Positions 51,317-59,893 of a DNA stretch of 59,893 nucleotides are shown one piece after another. The stretch is taken from positions 1-59,893 of IMG/VR virus record IMGVR_UViG_3300028595_000001. One strand, written 5' to 3'. The notes under the pieces are model-generated. The model saw only the letters and a list, made by a program, of their open reading frames with translations, made no database searches and had not been told where the DNA came from. Each line of letters begins with the position of its first letter. Positions within the stretch are counted from its first letter, which is position 1. Position numbers and translations under genes: made by a program. The stretch is from a virus (taxonomy: Duplodnaviria; Caudoviricetes).

Positions 51317-51730
51317 GTGAAGACCATCGTTCTGGTCCTGTTGTTATTGCCGTGCTGTGCTTTCGCTGGCGATGTTGTCGTTGGTTACGCGCCATTCTGT
51401 TATCATTTCAGCGGTGCGGAGGACATGAACGAGCGGAACAACCACGCATTTCTTTTGTCGGTCAACCAATGGTTCGGCATGACATTTCGCAACAGCCATT
51501 ATAATCGGTCGTATTCGGTCGGGTACGAGTTTATGACTCCCAAAATACGATTTGGCGGGGATGTGTTTTTGAGAGGGACGCTTCCGGCTGGCTTGGTGTA
51601 TGGCTACGGTGGGATAAAGCCAGCGGCGGCGGGTGTTGTTGAGGTTGGGCGTGGCAGGGGCAGTGTTAAGATGATGTTTATTCCTGTTGACGGTGGTGTG
51701 GCGAGTGCCATGTTTTGTTGGCGGTTTTAG
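51317..51730 (+). CDS. Small outer-membrane beta-barrel, PagP-like family
   Basis: GTG start with GAGGGGG RBS; signal peptide; YHF..NERN, FRNSH...SYSVGY, GLVYGY; C-terminal Phe. Confidence 0.6.
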   Translation: MKTIVLVLLLLPCCAFAGDVVVGYAPFCYHFSGAEDMNERNNHAFLLSVNQWFGMTFRNSHYNRSYSVGYEFMTPKIRFGGDVFLRGTLPAGLVYGYGGIKPAAAGVVEVGRGRGSVKMMFIPVDGGVASAMFCWRF

Positions 51731-51949
51731 GGGGACACGTATGAAACTTGTCTGTATAGACGGGCCATGTATCGGTAAAATTGTGTCAACGGAAAAAACT
51801 ATACGAGGTTTTGACATTGCGGTTAGAGAGGTTGGCCCACTTAAGTTTTTTGAAAATGAGCGGGTAAGGGAATTAATGGCACCCAAAGATTATATATACC
51901 GAATTGATAGCAAAAATAAGCGGTTTTGGCTTTATTATGTAGGGAAAGC

Positions 51950-52735
51950 ATGAAACTTTACCATTCTCCGCTAATGGAGTTCCACGGTAAACGAGCCTTG
52001 GACAACTTTGATTTTGAGTTGTACGATCCCGCCAAGGATAATGACGAACCGACTCAGTTCTGGCTGTACTCTTTTGAAGACCACCAGTTGATGCGTAACC
52101 ATCGTGGATACAAGTGCGTGTTTTGGCACGGTATTGACGTTTTATTCTTGTTGCAAAACAAGGAAAGGTTGCTTGACAAGTTTTTAGAGGCCAGTCCTGT
52201 GTGCGCTTGCCACAACCATGTTCAGCAGAACTACTTGGCCGAAATGGGGATTTACGCCAAAGTTCGCCCGTGGTTTATCAACGACATTAAAAAGTATAAA
52301 AAACAAAAGAACCTGGCCAAAAAGGTGTATATGTCATCCCATGTAGGCCGTGAACAAGAGTACGGTGAGCCAATGATAAACGCCGTAGCCTGCGCCATGC
52401 CGGATTGGGAGTTCCATATTTTTGGCACGGAACCAACCTTTCCTTTCAACGAAAATGTGTTTTATCACGGGCAGGTTCCTGAAGATGAAATGGACGCTCT
52501 TACCAACGACCACGCAGCAACGATCAGGTGGAAGCCGTATGACGGGTTTGCCCAGACGACGATGAAGGCGATTTTGAGGGGGCAACTTGCAATAACGAAG
52601 ATTCCTTACAGCTGCTGTTATCATGCTGACGGGGTTGAAGACATTATTAGGATTCTTAACGACTACAAGTTACATTTAAGAACTATTTTACCTGACCCTG
52701 GCCTTAACATTTTTGATTGGATGGGGGGATTATGA
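51950..52735 (+). CDS. GT-B (GT4-like) glycosyltransferase
   Basis: FWHGIDV, PDWEFHIFG, NVFYHGQVP, DGF...MKAILRG. Confidence 0.75.
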   Translation: MKLYHSPLMEFHGKRALDNFDFELYDPAKDNDEPTQFWLYSFEDHQLMRNHRGYKCVFWHGIDVLFLLQNKERLLDKFLEASPVCACHNHVQQNYLAEMGIYAKVRPWFINDIKKYKKQKNLAKKVYMSSHVGREQEYGEPMINAVACAMPDWEFHIFGTEPTFPFNENVFYHGQVPEDEMDALTNDHAATIRWKPYDGFAQTTMKAILRGQLAITKIPYSCCYHADGVEDIIRILNDYKLHLRTILPDPGLNIFDWMGGL

Positions 52736-53955
52736 ACGAGTGTTGTGAATTTACAATACAAATGAATAAAGAAATGTGTGGTAATACCAGCAGTTTTAAA
52801 CCATCAAAATTTTGTCCACAGTGCGGCACTAAAATCGACTCAATAAAATACAAGGGCAAAACAGTATATATTGTTGGGAACAATGTGTATAAAAATAAAC
52901 GTGAACCAGTTTACTGTATTTCTTGCGAACATTTCCGTGACGATGAATATAACTGGCGCAGTCAAAAATACGAAGACGGTGGTGAAGAATGGGAAATGGT
53001 CGGTGCTTGTTGGGCAGATGAAAACAGAAAAGCGAACTGGAAGTCTGAGGAAGGTGCAAGAAACAAACTACCATGCAACATAAATGCCAATAATGACTGC
53101 CCTTGGTATAAAAACAAGTATTGGGGGGATTAATTATGTCGGAAATTAACAATTTTTCGTCAGAAAGCAGAATAAACGAATCTTTAGTAGAGCAATCAAA
53201 GCACATTGTTAGGACAGAAATTCTATATGCGACAAACAAAATACGGAACGAACTTTTAGAACGGATAAGGGCGCTGGAACAAAAGGTTGGCAGAGAGGGC
53301 AAAAAAACGAATTCAGTTTTCTGTCAACATTGTTTTTACAGGTGCGCTAACGAGACATTTCAGTATTGCGTTTACCCAGACAATATTGTTGTTGGAAACT
53401 ACGGAATAGACTCAAGGCGACCGGCACGAACGATAAACACAAACCACGACTGTGGGTGGTATAAAAAAAGGATTGGGGAATGACAATACACAGGGAGTTA
53501 ATGAAAATATCCAAGGGTCGCACATTTATAACGACAGACATGGTGAAAGAAGCGGAGGACGAGTTCAATAAAACGTGTCTAACTGATCTTGAACGGAGAT
53601 ATTTTAATTTTTCAAAGGGATTGCTACCTCAGCAACAGTACTTTAGACAGAATCAAATCCAAGCCATGCAAAATCAATACCAACATCAAGGGTTGGCCGC
53701 TTTCGGTACAAACTATTACGAATTTTTTTTAGGTCAAGTTATTGGAAACGTATTGGGTTCTGTGTATGGTCGATGTCGTTGTTGCGGAAGATAGGCAGGG
53801 TTTACTGTTCTGAATGTGCTAACTACGTTCAGGGCAAGTGTCGAGCGCCGAAGAATATGGGAACATGGTACGACCGCCTTACTCCGAGGCGATCACCGTC
53901 AGAAATAAACAAGAATAATAAGTGTAGGTGGTATAAGGATAAATCATGGACCTAA
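52732..53955 (+). CDS. Small genes, three sharing a Cys module (52732-53133, 53136-53483, 53773-53955), plus 53480-53794
   Basis: V[YF]CxxC...C...P..IN.N..C.WYK motif repeated. Confidence 0.7.
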
Positions 53956-54579
53956 GTGATTCAATTGGCGTGTTTTGTGATCTTGAGACAGGAGAGCCAG
54001 TATCAATTTTGTTTCGGGACGAACAATACGGGCTTGTTGCTGTTTCTGCGCATCGTTGGTTTTCAATCAATAAGCATGGTAAAAAAACAGAAATAGAACC
54101 GTTGCCCATTGAAAGGTGGTATCGTGATAAAAATAAAATTTGACGAGCGTTTGCTAAACGGCAATTTCCTCCGTTCGTTGGGCCAGGAACTACGCAATTT
54201 AGGTTTCCGTCCACCGATTACGGGTGAAATTGTTAGTTACGAAAGGGATTTTTTAAACTTGGAGTTGCTTGTTTTGTTCCGGCCATCTAGGCGAGACTTG
54301 ATCTGGAAGGAGTTTATTTTGTGAATGTGAACAAATCAGACAATCCATTTTACCACAACTATGTCTTTTCTAAATTTGATTTGAATAGACACAGGATAAA
54401 GTGGTGGGAATATCCATTTTTGTTGTTTTGTAAAACTTATGTTCAATTTTCAGATGGTTATGCGTTTTTCTTTAAGTATGGATTGGGTGGAAGATATTTT
54501 TTAATGAAGGTTGAGAGGCTACCTGACTCATAAGCATAAAAGGTTTTTTAACATTTTCGTAATAAATTGTAAATATACC

Positions 54580-54608
54580 TTGCAATTTTGTTATTTTTGT
54601 GCCATAAT
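54580..54608 (+). promoter_or_regulatory. Putative promoter upstream of tRNA and packaging/head operon
   Basis: TTGCAA-17nt-(TGC)CATAAT after an AT-rich stretch. Confidence 0.6.
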
Positions 54609-54623
54609 GATTGCCAAGGTAAA

Positions 54624-54758
54624 ATGTTAAAGAAATTAATTACAATTTTGTCAGATTTGGTAGCTCGAAAATTTACGGGTTGTGTTGAAATTCATTTCTC
54701 TGAAGGCGTTGTTTGTCGTTTGGATGAGAGGCGCAACAGGACCAAAGAGGTAAGGTAG
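54624..54758 (+). CDS. 44-aa protein, DUF2292-like
   Basis: AAGG RBS; KFTGCVEIHFSEG.V. Confidence 0.5.
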   Translation: MLKKLITILSDLVARKFTGCVEIHFSEGVVCRLDERRNRTKEVR

Positions 54759-54814
54759 CAATGAGAGATTCGGCGGTATTTTATTATAGTTCATCGTCCG
54801 TTAATTGAATAAAC

Positions 54815-54900
54815 GGAGGGTACCGCTGAATGGTCGGCAACCGGTCTTGAAAACCGGGGCGTGGTAAAACATGGGCGTTCGATTCGTCTACCCTCCGCCA
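54815..54900 (+). tRNA. tRNA-Ser(UGA), atypical (8/4-compatible) cloverleaf
   Basis: ccggt-CTTGAAA-accgg anticodon arm, long variable arm, TTCGATT T-loop, G discriminator, encoded CCA. Confidence 0.92.
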
Positions 54901-54950
54901 AAACGGTATGGTGGCCGAAATAGGGCATAACTCAGACCGAAAGGTATCTG

Positions 54951-54996
54951 AAACCCGAATTATCTGCGAGAAATCGTGGGTGGTTCGGGTTTTTGC
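54951..54996 (+). terminator. Long hairpin with U-tract immediately before terL
   Basis: aaacccgaattatctgcga-gaaa-tcgtgggtggttcgggttt followed by ttgcgttt. Confidence 0.6.
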
Positions 54997-55000
54997 GTTT

Positions 55001-56377
55001 ATGACGACCATACAGATTCCGAATAATTGGATGCCACGCGACTACCAAATGAACGTGTGGGACTACTTGGAAGGTGGCGGTAAACGCGCAGTCTCAGTTT
55101 GGCACCGTCGCGCTGGGAAAGATGATGTCTGCCTGCATTGGGGAGCCAAGGCAACTGTTTTACGGCCAGCGACTTACTGGCACATGCTTCCAGAGGCGTC
55201 ACAGGCGAGAAAGGCAATTTGGGATGCAGTAAACCCCCATACTGGGATCAGGCGAATTGATGAAGCGTTCCCTAAGGGGTTTAGGGACACTACCCGCGAA
55301 CAGGAAATGATGATTCGGACAAAGACCGGATCGACTTGGCAGGTGGTCGGCTCTGATAACTTCAACAGCTTGGTCGGTTCCCCCCCTGCCGGAGTTGTGT
55401 TTTCAGAGTGGCCCCTGTCAAATCCTGACGCTTGGGCATATCTCAGGCCGATTTTGGCAGAAAACGGTGGGTGGGCGTTGTTTGTTTATACGCCGCGTGG
55501 TCCGAATCATGGCAAAACCACCTATGAGTTTGCCCTGAAAGAAAAAGATTGGTTCGCTGAACTGCTTACTGCCGACAAAACGGGGGTTTTTACAGAGAAA
55601 CAGCTTGAAACTGAAAAACGGGAGTACATTTCTCAATACGGCGTTTCAAGAGGTCTTGCCCTGTTCAACCAGGAATATATGTGTTCTTGGGACCCAGCGT
55701 TTACGGGCAAGGCGGTTTATCCAGAGTTCGACAGAGAAACCCATGTTTCCAAGGTTCCGCTGCTTCCCATTGTTACAAAGGGGATTGAGAACGGACATAC
55801 AACAGTCATTAGAGGATGGGACCACACAGGACTTCACCCGGCGTGTGTGGCCACATATTTGATGGGAAATCAATGGCTTGTGTTCAAAGAGTTTTGGGAA
55901 GAAGACCTTGGCATTGAGGATTTCGGGGATCTTGTGAAAATTTGGTGCGCCCAAAATCTTCCACCGGACACAACCTATACTGATATTGGCGACCCTGCTG
56001 GAAACAAAACGCGGGACGCAACCAAACAAACTCCCGCTGACTATGTAAGGAAGCATTGTGGCATAAACATTCGTCCCGGCATACAGACGTTCAAGATTCG
56101 CAGGGAGTCTGTTGCTAATCGCCTTAACAGGCGGGGTGGGTTCTTGATGGACCCAACAGAGTGCTCGTTGCTGCTTTCAGGTTTCTTGGGTGGGTACGGG
56201 TATCCTGAGATTGGTCATTCCGGTGTTTTCAAGGACACTATATCTGGAAGTCACAAGGATAAGTATTGCGATGTGCATGACGCCCTTCAGTACCCGGCAA
56301 CAAAAATATTCGGTCCTTCTCGTCCGCAACGGATTGAGATGCCGCCACCGCAGCCTTCAGGATGGATGAGCTTGTGA
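55001..56377 (+). CDS. terL: Terminase large subunit
   Basis: PRDYQ, WHRRAGKD (Walker A variant), VVFSE, YTPRGPN, QEYMCS; RNase H-like GWD, GDPAG, HDALQY. Confidence 0.95.
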   Translation: MTTIQIPNNWMPRDYQMNVWDYLEGGGKRAVSVWHRRAGKDDVCLHWGAKATVLRPATYWHMLPEASQARKAIWDAVNPHTGIRRIDEAFPKGFRDTTREQEMMIRTKTGSTWQVVGSDNFNSLVGSPPAGVVFSEWPLSNPDAWAYLRPILAENGGWALFVYTPRGPNHGKTTYEFALKEKDWFAELLTADKTGVFTEKQLETEKREYISQYGVSRGLALFNQEYMCSWDPAFTGKAVYPEFDRETHVSKVPLLPIVTKGIENGHTTVIRGWDHTGLHPACVATYLMGNQWLVFKEFWEEDLGIEDFGDLVKIWCAQNLPPDTTYTDIGDPAGNKTRDATKQTPADYVRKHCGINIRPGIQTFKIRRESVANRLNRRGGFLMDPTECSLLLSGFLGGYGYPEIGHSGVFKDTISGSHKDKYCDVHDALQYPATKIFGPSRPQRIEMPPPQPSGWMSL

Positions 56378-58329
56378 AAAAAGAAAAAGACGAACTTTTA
56401 AAGAAGGCAAGGTTGAGGTTTAAAGACTCTGAGTCTGCCGAGCAGGAGAATCGTGAACTGTTCGACAGGGACACCGCTTTTGAAAATGGCGAACAATGGA
56501 CAGACGAAGACAAGTCTGAACGGATAGGCCGCCCCTGCATTGTTATTAATAAAGTGGCAGGCGCAGTTAAACAAATCACGGGCGAGGCAAGAAAGAACCG
56601 TCCAAGAATTAAAGTAAGACCCGTTGACCAAAACGGTGATTTTGCGATTGCCGAGGTTTATACGGCGCTGATTAGAAACATCGAGAACATCAGTGACGCA
56701 GAATCGGCGTATGACGCTGGTTACGAGAACGCTGTCCGTGGCGGTTATGGTTATTGGCGTGTTGTAACCGATTATTCTGACGACACGACATTTGACCAGG
56801 ACATTCGCATAGAACGAATAGTCAACCCAAACTCAGTTTATTATGACCAATCATCCATTCGTTCCGATTACTCCGATGCAAAATACGCCTTCATCGTTGA
56901 TGTCATGCACGAAGACAAATTTAAAGAAGAATTCCCGAAAGCCCAACTTGCCAGCTTTGAGTCAAGCAAGGGAGAGGAAGAATCCGGTTGGTTTGCTGAC
57001 AATACCGTTAGGGTTGCCGAATATTTTTACAAAGTAAAGGCAGAGAAAGAAGTTTTTCTTTTAGCCAACGGGAAAACAGTAGAGATAGAAAACCCTAAAA
57101 TTGTTGAGCAATTTGTTGAAGACCATGAGATTGGTGCAAGGATTGCCAAAACCGTTAGCGGAGACAACCTGTCTGAACCACAAGAATTTAAGCGCAGCCG
57201 CAAGGTTAAGTACGAAAAGGTCATGTGGTGCAAGATGAACGGGCAGGAAATTCTTGAAGGGCCAAACGAATGGCCCGGTAAATACATACCGATTATTTGT
57301 TGCAGTGGCGAGGAAGTTTGGATTCAAGGGAAAAGGGTATTTCGCTCTACCGTAAGACACGCCATTGATGCTCAACGACTTTACAACTGGTCGCGATCTA
57401 ACACAGTGGAAACATTGGCAATGGCTCCAAAACAGCCATACCACGTCACTCCAGAGGAAATTGAAGGTCACGAACGACAATGGCAGGAAGCTCATAGAAA
57501 GCCACAAGCTTATCGTTTGTTCAACGAAGTTGGTCTGGGTAGGCCACAGCCGTCAGCCCCGTCAATTCCGAATACGGGTGCATACCGTGAGGCAATGGTT
57601 TCGTCTGACGATATTAAGTCTACCACGGGAATCTTTGACGCATCCCTTGGTGCAAGCGGCAACGAAACTTCTGGCAGGGCGATTGCCGCAAGACAGCAAC
57701 AGGGCAACGTAGCAACTTACGTTTTTATAGATAACCAGGCAAGGGCGATTAAATACACCGCTCAAATTCTTGTCGATTTAATTCCCAAAATTTACGACAC
57801 ACAGCGGGTTGTCAGGCTTTTAAACGAAGACGGTGCTGTTGGTTGGCTCCAGATTAACTACGAAGACCCTGTTACCGGTGAGATCGTTAATGATATTTCG
57901 GTGGGAAGGTATGACATCACCTTTGATGTTGGTCCGAATTATCTTACCAAGAGAATTGAGGCCGCTGATGGTATGACAAAACTTGCTCAAACGGCACCAT
58001 ACGCTGCTCCTGTTTTGATACCAAAAATAGCCAAAAATCTTGATTGGCCGGGTGCTGAAGGATTGGGAGACGAATTAAAAGAGATAGCTCAACCCCAACC
58101 GAACCCGGAGGAACAAGCAAGAATTAAAGCCGAGGTTGACAAGCTTGCGTTGGAGGTTGAGGCAAAAAAAATAGATTTTCAGATTAAACAAATCGGTCTT
58201 GAAGAAAAGAAGCTTGATTACGACAAGACACTTCTTGAACTACAAGGAAAGGGTTTAGAACTGAAGGGCAAGGATCTGGATAACACCAAGAAATTTATTG
58301 ACATCCAGACACCACATAAAACTGGGTAA
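56362..58329 (+). CDS. Portal protein (P22 gp1-like)
   Basis: GEQW...RPC..INK, GGYGYWRV, WPGKYIPI, DAQRLYN, SGRAIAARQQQG, IPKIYDT.R. Confidence 0.95.
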   Translation: MDELVKKEKDELLKKARLRFKDSESAEQENRELFDRDTAFENGEQWTDEDKSERIGRPCIVINKVAGAVKQITGEARKNRPRIKVRPVDQNGDFAIAEVYTALIRNIENISDAESAYDAGYENAVRGGYGYWRVVTDYSDDTTFDQDIRIERIVNPNSVYYDQSSIRSDYSDAKYAFIVDVMHEDKFKEEFPKAQLASFESSKGEEESGWFADNTVRVAEYFYKVKAEKEVFLLANGKTVEIENPKIVEQFVEDHEIGARIAKTVSGDNLSEPQEFKRSRKVKYEKVMWCKMNGQEILEGPNEWPGKYIPIICCSGEEVWIQGKRVFRSTVRHAIDAQRLYNWSRSNTVETLAMAPKQPYHVTPEEIEGHERQWQEAHRKPQAYRLFNEVGLGRPQPSAPSIPNTGAYREAMVSSDDIKSTTGIFDASLGASGNETSGRAIAARQQQGNVATYVFIDNQARAIKYTAQILVDLIPKIYDTQRVVRLLNEDGAVGWLQINYEDPVTGEIVNDISVGRYDITFDVGPNYLTKRIEAADGMTKLAQTAPYAAPVLIPKIAKNLDWPGAEGLGDELKEIAQPQPNPEEQARIKAEVDKLALEVEAKKIDFQIKQIGLEEKKLDYDKTLLELQGKGLELKGKDLDNTKKFIDIQTPHKTG

Positions 58330-58374
58330 AACCAGGCACACTTTCACTGCTTTATGCAGGCATAGGAGGAACCG

Positions 58375-59184
58375 ATGGAGACTGAAAACGCAATGGCGGA
58401 AGAAGTCGAGGAAGAATTTACTGAGGAAACTCAGGCAGATGAAGAAGAAATTACTGATGAAGATCAGGCACCAAAAGCGGAGGAAGACGAGGAACCCCCT
58501 TGGTTTAAAAAGCGGTTCGACAAGATTACCTACCAGCGCGAGCAGGAAAGGCGCGACAAAGAGGCCGCATTAGCAAAGGCCCAAGAGTTAGCCGAGGAAA
58601 AAATAAGGCTGGCTGAAGAACTGGAAAAGGTAAAGTCCGAACGGCTGAAAACAGAGGGAAGACCAAAGCTTGAAGACTTTGAGACTGACGAAGATTTTTA
58701 TGATGCGCTGACAGATTGGAAGCTTGAGCAGCGTGATGTCAAAGCCAAAGAACTTCGGGCCAAGGAGAACGAAACAAAAACTCGTCAACAGCAAGAGGCC
58801 GAGTTTGCTGAAAAGGTGGCGAACACCAATAAAAGCGGGAAAGAAAAATACAAGGATTACGAACAGGTTGTTTTTTCTTTGCCCGGCGATGTGATGAGCA
58901 ACGAAATGGCGCAAGCTCTTTTTGAAACCGACGCTCCCGAAGATATCGCATACCACCTTGGGAAAAATCCAACAGAGGCCGCAAAAATCGCAAAGCTGTC
59001 TCCGCTGAAAAAAGCGATTGCCCTTGGAAAAATTGAAGCAAGATTGTCAAATAAAAAAACTACAAATGCTCCCCCGCCGATTAGCCCGGTCAAGGGGAAA
59101 TCTTCAAGCACTTTCGATCCTGACAAGTTGCTTGCGGAAAACCCAAATGAGTGGATCAGGTTGCGGAACGAGGGGAAGATATAA
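58375..59184 (+). CDS. Scaffolding protein
   Basis: Acidic N-terminus, coiled coil, IAYHLGKNP, APPPISPV; lies between portal and coat. Confidence 0.9.
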   Translation: METENAMAEEVEEEFTEETQADEEEITDEDQAPKAEEDEEPPWFKKRFDKITYQREQERRDKEAALAKAQELAEEKIRLAEELEKVKSERLKTEGRPKLEDFETDEDFYDALTDWKLEQRDVKAKELRAKENETKTRQQQEAEFAEKVANTNKSGKEKYKDYEQVVFSLPGDVMSNEMAQALFETDAPEDIAYHLGKNPTEAAKIAKLSPLKKAIALGKIEARLSNKKTTNAPPPISPVKGKSSSTFDPDKLLAENPNEWIRLRNEGKI

Positions 59185-59196
59185 GGAATAGGAAAA

Positions 59197-59893
59197 ATGT
59201 CTAGTACTCTTTTAGGACCGTCTGCAATTACCGCGGAAAGCCTCCGCGTGTTGCATAACAACCTGGCGTTTGTCGGAAATATTGACAAACAACATGACAA
59301 AGAAACCGAGTTCGGTGGTCAGAAACGTGGGTCCACCCTGCGTATCCGTCTGCCCAACCAATACACCGTTCGTGAAACCTGGGGTATTAACGCTCAGGAC
59401 CAGAGCGAATCCAGCGTTTCGTTGGTGATCGGCACAATTCGTGGTGTTGACATGAACTTTTCCGACGCTGAGTTGGCTCTTGACATCAATGAGTTTTCTC
59501 GTCGGTTCATTCAACCGGCCATGTCCGTTCTGGCTTCCAAGATTGACCACTACTGTTATGGTAAAGCTGTTGAGGCTACTTACAACCTGGTCGGAACAGC
59601 TGGTACCGCCCCGTCTACTGTTAATACATGGATGGGCGCTCACCAGAAGCTAAACGAGTCTGTTGCTCCAATTAATCCTCGTATCGCTGTTGTGAACCCC
59701 GCTGCTGAAGCTGCTACCATTGACGGGCTGAAGGCGTTGTTCAACAACTCCACGGAAATTGGCAAACAGTACATGAACGGCAAAATGGGTCGCGCTCTTG
59801 GCTTGGATTGGTACATGAGCCAGAACGTGAAGCAGTTGACCCGTGGGACCAGAACGACCGGCCTCGTTGGGACTACCGTCTCCGCCCAAGGCG
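59197..59893 (+). CDS. Major capsid protein, N-terminal part (continues at window start)
   Basis: AGGA RBS; MSSTLLGPSAITAESLRVLHNNLAF...GSTLRIRLP; open to the window end, in frame with ORF 7-630. Confidence 0.92.
   Translation, partial: MSSTLLGPSAITAESLRVLHNNLAFVGNIDKQHDKETEFGGQKRGSTLRIRLPNQYTVRETWGINAQDQSESSVSLVIGTIRGVDMNFSDAELALDINEFSRRFIQPAMSVLASKIDHYCYGKAVEATYNLVGTAGTAPSTVNTWMGAHQKLNESVAPINPRIAVVNPAAEAATIDGLKALFNNSTEIGKQYMNGKMGRALGLDWYMSQNVKQLTRGTRTTGLVGTTVSAQG
59767..59893. repeat. Terminal direct repeat, copy 2
   Basis: Identical to 1-127. Confidence 0.97.

Noticed and set aside
54815-54900. tRNA-Sec or opal suppressor
   Set aside because: The anticodon is TGA (reads UCA, Ser), not TCA.
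54908-55000. N-terminal extension of TerL
   Set aside because: It runs through RNA hairpins right after the tRNA; terminase-like sequence begins at Met 55001.
59767-59893. 127-bp terminal repeat as biological DTR
   Set aside because: It falls mid coat gene and equals a common assembler k-mer length; best read as circular assembly overlap.

Overview
The window is an apparently complete, circularly assembled ~59.77 kb dsDNA phage genome; bases 1-127 repeat as 59767-59893. It has P22-like podovirus structural genes (terminase, portal, scaffold, coat split across the window ends, gp4/gp10-like tail, tailspike, ejection proteins). It also has a lambdoid-style recombination and replication region (Sak3-like annealase, YqaJ exonuclease, O-like initiator with iterons, DnaB), but I recognise no integrase, CI repressor or endolysin. 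The most striking signal lies inside the 2275-aa injected polyvalent protein gene: an intact HNH endonuclease gene is nested on the opposite strand in exact codon register, with its own consensus promoter and Shine-Dalgarno, and without breaking the host reading frame. A decayed homologous copy lies about 1 kb away in the same gene, suggesting a splicing-free, antisense in-frame homing strategy. Other points of interest are glycosyltransferases placed directly behind Thr-rich virion proteins (likely virion glycosylation), five signal-peptide proteins in the late operon, an 8/4-fold tRNA-Ser, several structured RNA candidates, and many short repeats at gene boundaries. All protein family calls are from motif recognition by eye, not database searches.
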